From: a virus
Taxonomy: Duplodnaviria; Caudoviricetes
IMG/VR virus record: IMGVR_UViG_3300033489_000027
Location: 1 to 39,329 of that record
Reading direction: 5' to 3' (one strand)
Length of the DNA stretch: 39,329 nt
A model generated the notes under the pieces. The model had not been told where the DNA came from and made no database searches. It saw only the letters and a program-made list of their open reading frames with translations. Below, piece by piece: positions 9,143-17,449 of this stretch; within the stretch, counting starts at the first letter, position 1; each line of letters begins with the position of its first letter. The position numbers and the translations under genes were made by a program.

Positions 9143-9215
9143 CAATGACAGAAATCGTCAAAGAGTTACGACACGAACCCTGCCGGCTGCGTGAGAGGGC
9201 AGGGAGATTGTGTCA

Positions 9216-9246
9216 CCCGGGAAGGGTTGGCCTTCCCGGGAATTTT
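9216..9246 (+). terminator. hairpin, putative intrinsic terminator
   Basis: Perfect 10-bp stem cccgggaagg/ccttcccggg, 5-nt loop, followed by aatttt. Confidence 0.5.
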
Positions 9247-9258
9247 CGGAGGACCACC

Positions 9259-9528
9259 ATGGAACGAATAGGGATAGACCAGGAATCGCACCTGCACGCT
9301 CCGGGTGGTCCTCTTCACGAGTCGCCGATAACGCATTGTGATGAGTGCCGAAGGCCGATACCGGAGGGTGAGTTCTACGCCTTGGATGAGCAGATCATGT
9401 GCCAGCCGTGCGCGGTTCTCAGTGCAGCAGAGGTTCTCGTTGATGCCCGGCCCGGCGAGAAGTTGGACACGGTCGAAGTCCAGGCGGTGGGGATCCTGAA
9501 GCAGTTTCTTTTCGAGGTGACGCGATGA
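9259..9528 (+). CDS. zinc-finger protein
   Basis: GGAGG RBS; CDEC...CQPC; alternative in-frame start at 9145. Confidence 0.65.
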   Translation: MERIGIDQESHLHAPGGPLHESPITHCDECRRPIPEGEFYALDEQIMCQPCAVLSAAEVLVDARPGEKLDTVEVQAVGILKQFLFEVTR

Positions 9529-9956
9529 AATGGTCAGACACGGTAGCAAGTAGATGTCGGTGGGCGGACGCAGCAATCAAGAACTGGGGGGCTTGGGATA
9601 TCGTCTGGGAAGACTCCGAAAGCGACTATCAAGGCCATGCAGCCATTTTGGCCGCCGAGCCAGACGGTGAGCATTGGGAGTTCTACGAGTGGACTTATGG
9701 TAGCTGTTCAGGTTGTGACTCATGGGAGGGTACAGAGTACGAAGATCGGGACGTTCTAGCAGCCGAGATGAAGAAGAACGCTGCCCGTTTCGACAAAGGA
9801 TCTCTTTGGGCCTATGGTTGTGGGCTTACAAATACTTCTGGAAACTCGCGTCTTGCGGATGCCATCAAGGCATTGATACTGCAACAGAAGGCCAATTATG
9901 CCCCCTGCCCGCATTGCAACGGGTCGGGGTTTGTCCAGGGGAAGGTGACGCGATGA
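9525..9956 (+). CDS. hypothetical protein with C-terminal CxxCxGxG
   Basis: DYQG...YGSCSGCD and CPHCNGSG motifs; ATGA overlaps. Confidence 0.7.
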   Translation: MKWSDTVASRCRWADAAIKNWGAWDIVWEDSESDYQGHAAILAAEPDGEHWEFYEWTYGSCSGCDSWEGTEYEDRDVLAAEMKKNAARFDKGSLWAYGCGLTNTSGNSRLADAIKALILQQKANYAPCPHCNGSGFVQGKVTR

Positions 9957-10357
9957 GCGACGAGACCAAAAGTGAGAGCGTGTATGAGCGGGCGTTCGCT
10001 GCGCTACACGACGCATGCGCCAACGGACGCCTCAAGATGTCCGTTCCTGTCGACGAGCAACACGACCATGATTGCCTGATTATTGCAGGACTCACCGCCA
10101 GCGAAGCGGCCGAGAAGCGCGCCGAGGCCGCAGAGGTCAGGGTCAGGGAGTTGGAAATCCAGAACAGTCGAGGCCATCAACTTCTCAGGGAAGCCCAGGA
10201 GAATGTGCTTCACATGACCAATACGATTGGGGCTGCGATCCTGCTCCTGAATCCCGCACGCCCAGAAGACGGTCTACTCCCCGCGATCAGAGACGTGATG
10301 CAGCGGCTTACGCTTGCCGAAGCCGGAAGGAGTGACGATGACTATCAAGATAGATAA
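9953..10357 (+). CDS. hypothetical protein, paralog of 14379-14660
   Basis: Shares 54 codons at about 90% nt identity with 14421-14582. Confidence 0.7.
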   Translation: MSDETKSESVYERAFAALHDACANGRLKMSVPVDEQHDHDCLIIAGLTASEAAEKRAEAAEVRVRELEIQNSRGHQLLREAQENVLHMTNTIGAAILLLNPARPEDGLLPAIRDVMQRLTLAEAGRSDDDYQDR

Positions 10358-10553
10358 ACGGACGGTCAATACGTTTGGGAAAAAGAGCAGGATTTTCATT
10401 GTGTCGGACCCCGATCGAGGATGCCCGTTGTGTGGAGCTGCGCCACATGGAATGGCGCCGTCCTTGGAAAAAGCCACAAGGATGATGGAGGATCTCATCC
10501 GCCGACATGACGAAACATGGCGGTCTCGCATTGACCCCGGAAAGGGGAAGTGA
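10338..10553 (+). CDS. hypothetical protein with CxxC
   Basis: AAGGAG RBS; CPLCG. Confidence 0.5.
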   Translation: MTIKIDKRTVNTFGKKSRIFIVSDPDRGCPLCGAAPHGMAPSLEKATRMMEDLIRRHDETWRSRIDPGKGK

Positions 10554-10555
10554 CG

Positions 10556-11554
10556 ATGCCTCTAACGCCTGAACAGATCGCGCTACGCAAGACCGGGATC
10601 TCTGCGTCTGAGGTTGCCGCGGTCGCTGGACTCCATCCGTACGTGAAGCCGATCGATATTTGGTCTTCAAAGCTCGGTCTGGTTGAGCCGTTCGAGGGCA
10701 ACAAGTCCTCGAAGTGGGGGGATCTCCTCGAGCAAGTGATCGCCGACCACTACGCCAAGGAGCACGCAGTAGAGAAGATCGTAGTCCGCCATCCGAAGAC
10801 CATCAAGGGGAGCGTCAATGGAACGCTCGTGCGCGAGATCTCGCCGAGGTTCCGGCTGATCGCAACCCCAGATCGGATCATCTACCGCAAGCGCATCGCA
10901 ACCCCGGTGCGCAACCTCCAAATCAAGACCGCTGGCCTGCGCCAGTCCGACAAGTGGGGGCCGAGCGGGACGGATCAGGTACCCGAGGAGTACGCCGTGC
11001 AGGTGGCAATTGAGATGGCCGTCCTTGGTGTCAACGAGACCGATCTTGCCGCGCTGATCGGAGGCCAAGACGATCGCGAGTACCACCTGAAACGTGACCT
11101 CGAACTCGAAGGCCAGCTGATCGAGATCTGCGAGCGGTTCTGGGTTGACCACATCCTGACCCAGACACCGCCTCCCGTGGACGGCTCGGAGAACTACTCC
11201 AACTATCTGAAGCGGAGGTTCCCCCGCGACATGAGGCCGATGTTGCCGGCGACGGATGAGGCGAGAGACTGGGTTAGTCTGTTTTGCTCACGAAGGGATG
11301 CGGTCGATTATGCCGAGGCAGCGCTAATACAGGCAAAAAATCGACTTAAGTCCCTGATCGGCGACGCGGGTGGAATCGAGGGGCTCTGCATGTGGCGGCA
11401 GAACAAGCCGAGTACAACCACCGACTGGGAAGCAGTAGCCCGCGATTTGTCTAGGCATGTTGGGGCAGGATATTTCCCCGATGCGGTAGCTAGATTCACC
11501 ACCACAAAGCCCGGCGCCAGACCATTCAACCTCATCACCCCAAAGGAGAAGTGA
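10556..11554 (+). CDS. YqaJ/lambda-exonuclease-family recombination nuclease
   Basis: RKTGISASEVAAVAG..PY...WG..LE..IA...ATPDRI...QIKT...P..Y..QV motifs; adjacent to recT. Confidence 0.9.
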   Translation: MPLTPEQIALRKTGISASEVAAVAGLHPYVKPIDIWSSKLGLVEPFEGNKSSKWGDLLEQVIADHYAKEHAVEKIVVRHPKTIKGSVNGTLVREISPRFRLIATPDRIIYRKRIATPVRNLQIKTAGLRQSDKWGPSGTDQVPEEYAVQVAIEMAVLGVNETDLAALIGGQDDREYHLKRDLELEGQLIEICERFWVDHILTQTPPPVDGSENYSNYLKRRFPRDMRPMLPATDEARDWVSLFCSRRDAVDYAEAALIQAKNRLKSLIGDAGGIEGLCMWRQNKPSTTTDWEAVARDLSRHVGAGYFPDAVARFTTTKPGARPFNLITPKEK

Positions 11555-11556
11555 CC

Positions 11557-12741
11557 ATGGCAGACATCATCAAGACACAACCCCCGCAAACGACGCTCGC
11601 GCAGCTCATTCAACAGAAAATGGCATCGTTTGCCGACGTGGCGACGAAGTATCTCAGCCCGGAGCGGCTCGTAAAACTCGCTCAACTGGCGATCTCGAAG
11701 ATGCCGGATCTTCAGAAAGTGCCTGCTACCGACATCATCGCAGAGCTGATCAATTGTTCGAGGCTCGGCCTGGAACCGAACGTAGAGGGCGGCCGATGGC
11801 TTCTCCCGTTCAAACGGCACGGGAAGAACGGCGGTCCGGATCGATACGAGCTTGTGGCGATCACGGACTATCGGGGTCTGATCGATATAGCCCGACGATC
11901 CGGTGAGGTGGTAGCCATCCATTCCGACATGCGGCATGCAAAGGACCACTGGGAGTACTGGGTTGACTCTTCGGGAGATACCCTCGTTCACCTGAAGCAC
12001 GAGATCGCGGACGGGGCCAGAGGTGACATGATGGGGTCCTACGCCATCGTCAAGTTGCGTGGCGGGGAGGTCCAGGCTGCGTATCTGACGATGGATGAAA
12101 TCGCAGAGGCGAAAGACTCTAGCGCTAGCAAAGACTCTCAGTATTCACCATGGCAGAAACGGTTCGCCTCTATGGCCAAAAAGACAGCAGTCCGCAGGCT
12201 CTACAATTTCCTCCCGAAGACTCCCGAAATCCAGGCGGCCCGCGAGGTATTAGCAGAGGAGGAAGAGCGCGAGCGAGCATTCGACGCGATCGACGTGACT
12301 CCCGGGGCCGTAGATGCGCCCAAGGAACTGCCCGTCACCACCACCGACAAGATCAAGGAAAAACTCGCGGCTCGCGCAAAACCCTCTACGCCGCCGGCCG
12401 AACCCAGTCCAAGTCCGGAGCCGAAAGCCGACCCACCCAAGGCCGCCGAACCCGCTTCCGACAACTGTTCCCGCAATGCTCGGATCGCGAAGATCCGTGA
12501 GGAGGCCAAAGAGAAGCACGGCGAGCTCTTCGCGGACGCATGGGCCGATGCGTGCCGGGAGTGCGCAAACGGGAAGCCGTCGACCCAATGGAGCGAGAAA
12601 GAGATCCTGGCCGTGACGGACTACCTGAGCCGATGGAGGTCACTTCCGGTGGAAGATGCCACCGACAAATACCCCGGAGTGGACCCAGAGGCGGCTGCGA
12701 TTCTGACGGGCGAGAGAGAGCCAGGGAGCGACGATGACTGA
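11557..12741 (+). CDS. recT: RecT-family single-strand annealing protein
   Basis: LGLEPN...WLLPF...DYRGLIDIARRSG...PW......MAKKTAVRRL..FLP motifs. Confidence 0.9.
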   Translation: MADIIKTQPPQTTLAQLIQQKMASFADVATKYLSPERLVKLAQLAISKMPDLQKVPATDIIAELINCSRLGLEPNVEGGRWLLPFKRHGKNGGPDRYELVAITDYRGLIDIARRSGEVVAIHSDMRHAKDHWEYWVDSSGDTLVHLKHEIADGARGDMMGSYAIVKLRGGEVQAAYLTMDEIAEAKDSSASKDSQYSPWQKRFASMAKKTAVRRLYNFLPKTPEIQAAREVLAEEEERERAFDAIDVTPGAVDAPKELPVTTTDKIKEKLAARAKPSTPPAEPSPSPEPKADPPKAAEPASDNCSRNARIAKIREEAKEKHGELFADAWADACRECANGKPSTQWSEKEILAVTDYLSRWRSLPVEDATDKYPGVDPEAAAILTGEREPGSDDD

Positions 12742-12961
12742 CAAATACACCATGGCCGACCTGGTCAAAGACATCGCCGAAGACGTTGGACCCGACATCG
12801 AGCGCGCCGGAGTCGGGTTTGTGCTGTTCCTGTTCGACCCCGACAAACAAGCGGACGGCGAGATCGCCATGATAGCCCGCGATCGAAGAGTTGCTGGGAT
12901 GGTAGTCGCACAGTGGATGGAACAGCATTTGCGATCACAACGCAACATCGCGAAGGGATGA
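12734..12961 (+). CDS. hypothetical protein
   Basis: GGGAG RBS, coupled; GFVLFLFD motif. Confidence 0.6.
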   Translation: MTDKYTMADLVKDIAEDVGPDIERAGVGFVLFLFDPDKQADGEIAMIARDRRVAGMVVAQWMEQHLRSQRNIAKG

Positions 12962-13188
12962 CCATGACCCGAGACCCAGACCAATTGAGGTGCCGACTAG
13001 AGACCGCAGAGGATGCCCTGATCCGCGCGCTCAAGATCGCCGATACGGTGAACGGATGCGAGGCTTACTTTGATGTTACGCCCAAAACAGTCGCGCTCGC
13101 GGACCTGCAACTCCGGAATACTTTGACCGCATGGAAGAATGCGGCCGAGGAGTACCTTGGGGCGAAGAAAGGGGTGGATGGAATATGA
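12958..13188 (+). CDS. hypothetical protein
   Basis: ATGA overlap (alternative start 12964). Confidence 0.55.
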   Translation: MTMTRDPDQLRCRLETAEDALIRALKIADTVNGCEAYFDVTPKTVALADLQLRNTLTAWKNAAEEYLGAKKGVDGI

Positions 13189-13490
13189 GCGAGCGGATCT
13201 CTGAGGCGTTCATGGCGATCATCGACTGGGCGACCTCGCTAGGAGCCAAACACATCAAGGAGCTCCCCGGCTGTTGGGAGCACGATCTGGGCGAGTTTCA
13301 TGTCGCAGTGAATGGTCACGCTGAGGAAACCGCGTGCAGCACCGGCATGGATGTGGAGCCGTATGGTGCACTTGTCACGTACAACGGCTGGCCGTATGCG
13401 CTGCTCAATGCGTACGCTGGGATCATCGTCGCGGAGACGCCCAACGCAGAGGACCGCCTGATAGACGCGCTCAGAAAGGCCACGCCATGA
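13185..13490 (+). CDS. hypothetical protein
   Basis: ATGA overlaps at both ends. Confidence 0.65.
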   Translation: MSERISEAFMAIIDWATSLGAKHIKELPGCWEHDLGEFHVAVNGHAEETACSTGMDVEPYGALVTYNGWPYALLNAYAGIIVAETPNAEDRLIDALRKATP

Positions 13491-13825
13491 GCGCCATATC
13501 CCAACAGATCCGATGGTGGTCATGCGACGCCGATGCGCCAGAGGTACCGTGCTGCGACCTCAATGAGGCGATCCGTCAATGGCTGGAGTACTCGTGCTCT
13601 ATCGGTCCGACCGCAGACGAAAGCTGGCCCGATCCGGACGCGACAATCGACGTGATCGGGTACGTCGTAGACACAGACGCGGAGAACTACGATCCGGACG
13701 CTACGGAGGACATTCCTTTGAGGCCAGAGGTAGAGGGTTGGGTCCGGGCCTCCGTTTGGGCGGTGAAATTCGGGATTGCTCACGGACCATTGTACGACAA
13801 CAAGGAGACACCATGCCCAAAGTGA
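13487..13825 (+). CDS. acidic hypothetical protein
   Basis: ATGA overlap; Asp/Glu-rich. Confidence 0.55.
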   Translation: MSAISQQIRWWSCDADAPEVPCCDLNEAIRQWLEYSCSIGPTADESWPDPDATIDVIGYVVDTDAENYDPDATEDIPLRPEVEGWVRASVWAVKFGIAHGPLYDNKETPCPK

Positions 13826-14064
13826 AGATTGCGCCACATCTCGTGAGGTACTTCCGTATGTTGGATACCTCCGTTAGTCCCCAGATCAGGAAAGAGTTCC
13901 GCGCCCTGTTGGCTGTCGCGAGGTATGCGATCCATCTGTCGCGGCTCATCAAAGACCAATACCAAAAAGGGGAGCAAGTCTGTGCTTCCGAATCATCCCT
14001 GGTACGGGAGTGTAACCGCCTCGAGCGCATCTCGAAGGGAGACAATCCATGCCCCGCAAAGTGA
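13813..14064 (+). CDS. hypothetical protein
   Basis: AAGGAGACACCATG start. Confidence 0.6.
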   Translation: MPKVKIAPHLVRYFRMLDTSVSPQIRKEFRALLAVARYAIHLSRLIKDQYQKGEQVCASESSLVRECNRLERISKGDNPCPAK

Positions 14065-14198
14065 AGCCGTCGATCTGGCAATTGAGTCCTCTTCCGTTCA
14101 TGGTCGTCGCTGGAATGCGCGAGCGCGCCATCGGCCTCATGCTCCGCGACATGTGGTGCGCGGCGGTCAGGGAGCTGGCGGGGGAAGGGAAGCGATGA
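14049..14198 (+). CDS. small hypothetical protein (49 aa, not in ORF track)
   Basis: AAGGGAG RBS; ATGA overlap with lar-like gene. Confidence 0.45.
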   Translation: MPRKVKPSIWQLSPLPFMVVAGMRERAIGLMLRDMWCAAVRELAGEGKR

Positions 14199-14386
14199 GC
14201 GACGAATTGAAGCCGTGCCCATTCTGCGGGGGAGAGGGTGTCGAGGTTTTGGATCATAGGGAGCGAGGACGACCCTGTTCGGTCGAGTGCCTTGAATGCA
14301 ATGCTTCAACGGGCCCACAACTCACTGATGGCGACGCCGTTGCCGCTTGGAACCGCCGCGCGGGAGAGGAGCCGAAGAATGAGTGA
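14195..14386 (+). CDS. Lar-family restriction alleviation protein
   Basis: ELKPCPFCGG...VEC..C.A.....AVAAWNRR signature. Confidence 0.8.
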   Translation: MSDELKPCPFCGGEGVEVLDHRERGRPCSVECLECNASTGPQLTDGDAVAAWNRRAGEEPKNE

Positions 14387-14660
14387 TGACGCGAAGTGCG
14401 CGACCGAATCAGCTCCGACAGAGAGCGTGTATGAGCGGGCGTTCAAGGCGCTACACGACGCATGTGCCAACGGCCGCCTCAAGATGTCCGTCCCGGTCGA
14501 TGAGCAACACGATCATGATTGCCTGATTGTGGCAGGCCTCACAGCGGGCGAGGCGGCCGAGAAGCGCGCCGAGGCCGCAGAGCGCGAGCGGGAAGCACTG
14601 GCCGCCAAACTGCAGGCCGAGGGCTACATGTGCCGCAAAGCCGTGCTGAAGGAGAAGTGA
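14379..14660 (+). CDS. hypothetical protein, paralog of 9953-10357
   Basis: ESVYERAF.ALHDACANGRLKMSVPVDEQHDHDCL shared. Confidence 0.7.
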   Translation: MSDDAKCATESAPTESVYERAFKALHDACANGRLKMSVPVDEQHDHDCLIVAGLTAGEAAEKRAEAAEREREALAAKLQAEGYMCRKAVLKEK

Positions 14661-14661
14661 C

Positions 14662-14952
14662 ATGCCGATAGACCCAGAGAAAATCAAGGAGTTGAGTCGG
14701 ATAGCTTCCCATGTTGGCCCGGAGGCCGTGTATTCTCGGCGGCTTCTTGCGGGGGGTGTTTGTGCTCTTCTCGCCGACCGTGCCGAGCTCATCGCGCTCT
14801 TGAAAAAAATCGAATGGGAAGGTTCAGGCGACTTTTCAAATTGTCCAGAATGCGGCGGGTTATCTCATGAGTGGGAAGGTACCGATCTCGGAACAACTGG
14901 ACACAAAACCGACTGTAAATTGGCCGCATTTCTCAAGGACCCCACATGCTAA
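14662..14952 (+). CDS. hypothetical protein with CxxC...H...C Zn motif
   Basis: AAGGAG RBS; IEW...CPECGG...GHKTDCKLA. Confidence 0.65.
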   Translation: MPIDPEKIKELSRIASHVGPEAVYSRRLLAGGVCALLADRAELIALLKKIEWEGSGDFSNCPECGGLSHEWEGTDLGTTGHKTDCKLAAFLKDPTC

Positions 14953-15067
14953 ACTGGCTTGTGAAGCGGCGCCGAGACGCCACTATGCACGACAACCGGC
15001 GGGCCCGGATCGCCGCGCTCGAGGTGCAGGGCTACACGCTCGACCAGATACAGGCGAAGCCCTAGCT

Positions 15068-15793
15068 TTATGGCCTGTAGACGATCCCGAATTGGATAGC
15101 CCCGACCCCAGGACCGGCCGATAGTACTCCAACCCCCTCGAGGTGAGCTCCCAAGAACGGCGGCGAGACCACGAGCACGGAGCCGACCGGTCCGGAGGTG
15201 CTGTATCCGCCAGCCAGGCCGGCCCCCCAACCGAGTTTTTTCGGGGGGGCCATGACGGACACCCGGGACAACGGCGCACTCGCTACGCCCGCCAGGATTC
15301 GCGTGGCGGGCTCCGGCGTGAGGCGCCAGCATTCGGCCGAGAGCGCCACCACTTCGTTGCCCTTCTCGGTCTGTAGGTGGGCGGAGTCAACCCGGATCTG
15401 ACCCGTGTCCCCGGCCGCGAACATGCACTCCGGACAGGGCTCGCCGGGCAACGGCTGCGGTCGCGGGAGGCCCTCGGCGGGCGACGGCGCCGTGACGATC
15501 CGCTCAACCACCACCACCTTCGGCTTCGAGCCGAGGTCTTTTTCGAGCCTAGCGATCTCCTTTTTCAGGGGCGTCGTTAGGGCGGCCCGTAGGATCTCGG
15601 CGTTGACCCGCTGCGCAACGGTGTGGTTTTTCGCCGTGAGCGCGACATCTTCTTTCACCCGATCGACCTCCGCCTCGGCCCTATCCGCGCGGTCGCATTC
15701 CTTGAGCAAAGCCAGGACCAAAAAAGCCGCCGCGACAAACACAACCCACTTCCAGGCGACCCCCAAGAAGTCAACTACGGTCCGGAACGACAT
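15068..15793 (-). CDS. putative spanin-like lysis protein
   Basis: Last gene of the lysis cluster; N-terminal TM, coiled coil, Pro-rich linker, C-terminal amphipathic beta-strands. Confidence 0.5.
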   Translation of the reverse strand: MSFRTVVDFLGVAWKWVVFVAAAFLVLALLKECDRADRAEAEVDRVKEDVALTAKNHTVAQRVNAEILRAALTTPLKKEIARLEKDLGSKPKVVVVERIVTAPSPAEGLPRPQPLPGEPCPECMFAAGDTGQIRVDSAHLQTEKGNEVVALSAECWRLTPEPATRILAGVASAPLSRVSVMAPPKKLGWGAGLAGGYSTSGPVGSVLVVSPPFLGAHLEGVGVLSAGPGVGAIQFGIVYRP

Positions 15794-15941
15794 GGAGTCC
15801 TCTCTCTCGCGCAAGTTCGCGCCTGACAAGTTGAAGCGCGTACGGCAGTCCGTAGTCATCGTGTCGGCCCTCGTTCACGTCGGCACCAAGAACGACCGAC
15901 AGTAGAAGCTCGATCGCCTCAAGGGCCAGGCGCCGGGTCAT
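15771..15941 (-). CDS. small hypothetical protein
   Basis: ATGA overlap with holin-like gene. Confidence 0.4.
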   Translation of the reverse strand: MTRRLALEAIELLLSVVLGADVNEGRHDDYGLPYALQLVRRELARERGLHVVPDRS

Positions 15942-16153
15942 GGCGTTGGGGGCGTCGGAGGCGTTGCCGGCGTCTTCGCCACATCGGTCAGGGTGTGGGT
16001 TCCGACCAAGGTACCCAGGATCCCCAGGATTGCCCCCAGCCACGTCGTAAACTGCGACTGGAGTCCGGACACGATGCCCTGCGCCACCCACCCTGCGGTG
16101 AGTAGCCCCGCGCCCGCGAGACAGTACTTCGCCTTGCTTCCGAGTTTCGTCAT
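15938..16153 (-). CDS. putative holin (71 aa, two hydrophobic segments)
   Basis: GGAGG RBS; directly downstream of the endolysin candidate. Confidence 0.55.
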   Translation of the reverse strand: MTKLGSKAKYCLAGAGLLTAGWVAQGIVSGLQSQFTTWLGAILGILGTLVGTHTLTDVAKTPATPPTPPTP

Positions 16154-16728
16154 GATCGTTCCTCCATCAGGACATAGAGAACGTCCTTCTTTCGCCAGTC
16201 CGCGCCCCAAAGGCGGAGCGCCTCCGACTTTGCGAGCGCGTAGAATCCATCCCACTGGAACGGCGGGATGGTCTGGCAGCCCTCGGATCCGGTAGCCCAG
16301 AAGCCGCCCCGGTGGACGTTGATGCCCGACTTCGAGTTGACTTCGCGGATCTCCGGAGCCCCGTCTCTGACGAGCGTCACTGGCCCAGACCTCTGGCAAA
16401 TTGCCTCGTATGTCTTGACCTTGCCGTGGTGCAAGTCGAACCGGTAGACCGGATAGAACCCCGGCTGAAGGGTTGCCATTCCGGGCCGGCCCTTCGACGG
16501 GTCGGTGTTTCCGTTACACGCCAGGAATACGTCAGGAGTGACAAGGAAGATGGCATCATCGTAGATCCCGCGATCGTTCTTCCCGGGCGCGCCCATCGTG
16601 TCCAAGTAGTACCCACGAATCCCGACAGCGGTGATCGGGTAGTTCTGCCACCCGGGATGCTCAGCGTCCAGCCGCGCGGCCAGGTCTGCTCGAGACAGCT
16701 GCGGCTTACCAACGGGCATCATCTTCAT
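16150..16728 (-). CDS. putative endolysin with YkuD/L,D-transpeptidase-like catalytic motif
   Basis: GINVHRGG....SEGCQTI (His...Cys); flanked by membrane-protein genes. Confidence 0.6.
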   Translation of the reverse strand: MKMMPVGKPQLSRADLAARLDAEHPGWQNYPITAVGIRGYYLDTMGAPGKNDRGIYDDAIFLVTPDVFLACNGNTDPSKGRPGMATLQPGFYPVYRFDLHHGKVKTYEAICQRSGPVTLVRDGAPEIREVNSKSGINVHRGGFWATGSEGCQTIPPFQWDGFYALAKSEALRLWGADWRKKDVLYVLMEERS

Positions 16729-17054
16729 GTGTCCACCTCCACCGGCCGGATGATTCGCTCGATCTCAGATACCCGCCTATCGAGTCGCCCGATGTCCGAG
16801 CCGTGCACCTCAAGGGTGGTCTCATGCCGGTCCAGGGTGATCTTCTGTTCGTCGAGCAGGTGTTGCACCGGCATATACGACGCGATGATCTGCCGGCCGA
16901 GCTTGGCCGCTTGATCCGCGCTGGCCGCCCCGTGCTCGGCGATTTCTTTGGCCTCTCTGACGGTCCTATCCATTTTCCAGAGGGCGACTAGCATCCCCAA
17001 GACAATCGCGACCTGTAGCGCAGTTGCAATCAGTGACAGAACCGCAAGCGTCAT
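16725..17054 (-). CDS. TM plus coiled-coil protein (lysis-associated)
   Basis: Long hydrophobic N-terminus then heptad-like helix. Confidence 0.6.
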   Translation of the reverse strand: MTLAVLSLIATALQVAIVLGMLVALWKMDRTVREAKEIAEHGAASADQAAKLGRQIIASYMPVQHLLDEQKITLDRHETTLEVHGSDIGRLDRRVSEIERIIRPVEVDT

Positions 17055-17443
17055 TGGGGCCCCTCCTTGGATAGCATATTCTGCTCGATCAGTTTGTGGA
17101 GCTCGACGATCTCGTTCTTGATCACGTGGAGCTCCTTGTCATGCTCGTTCGTGCGGGCATGGGCGCGAGTTACACCCCCGGCCCGCGCTTTGTCGCTCTC
17201 CTCGATCCGGATGAGGCGAGGCTCCACTTCGGCCCGAAACCGCTCGAAAACGTGGTCCAGGATGCGCTCCACCGACTGGGCGAAGGCGTCTGACCGAGAC
17301 CACTCCGCGAACATGTCGCAGAGCCAGCGCTTCACCCGGCCGAGAATCACGAGCACCGCCCCCACAAGCGAGACCAAGACGAGCACTGCAACCGCCGCGT
17401 AGACGAGCAGGTGGGTTACGTTCGGGTCTAAAGCGGTGCTCAT
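17051..17443 (-). CDS. TM plus coiled-coil protein (holin/antiholin-like)
   Basis: LLVYAAVAVLVLVSLVGAVLVIL then helical domain. Confidence 0.6.
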   Translation of the reverse strand: MSTALDPNVTHLLVYAAVAVLVLVSLVGAVLVILGRVKRWLCDMFAEWSRSDAFAQSVERILDHVFERFRAEVEPRLIRIEESDKARAGGVTRAHARTNEHDKELHVIKNEIVELHKLIEQNMLSKEGPQ

Positions 17444-17449
17444 GGCGGC

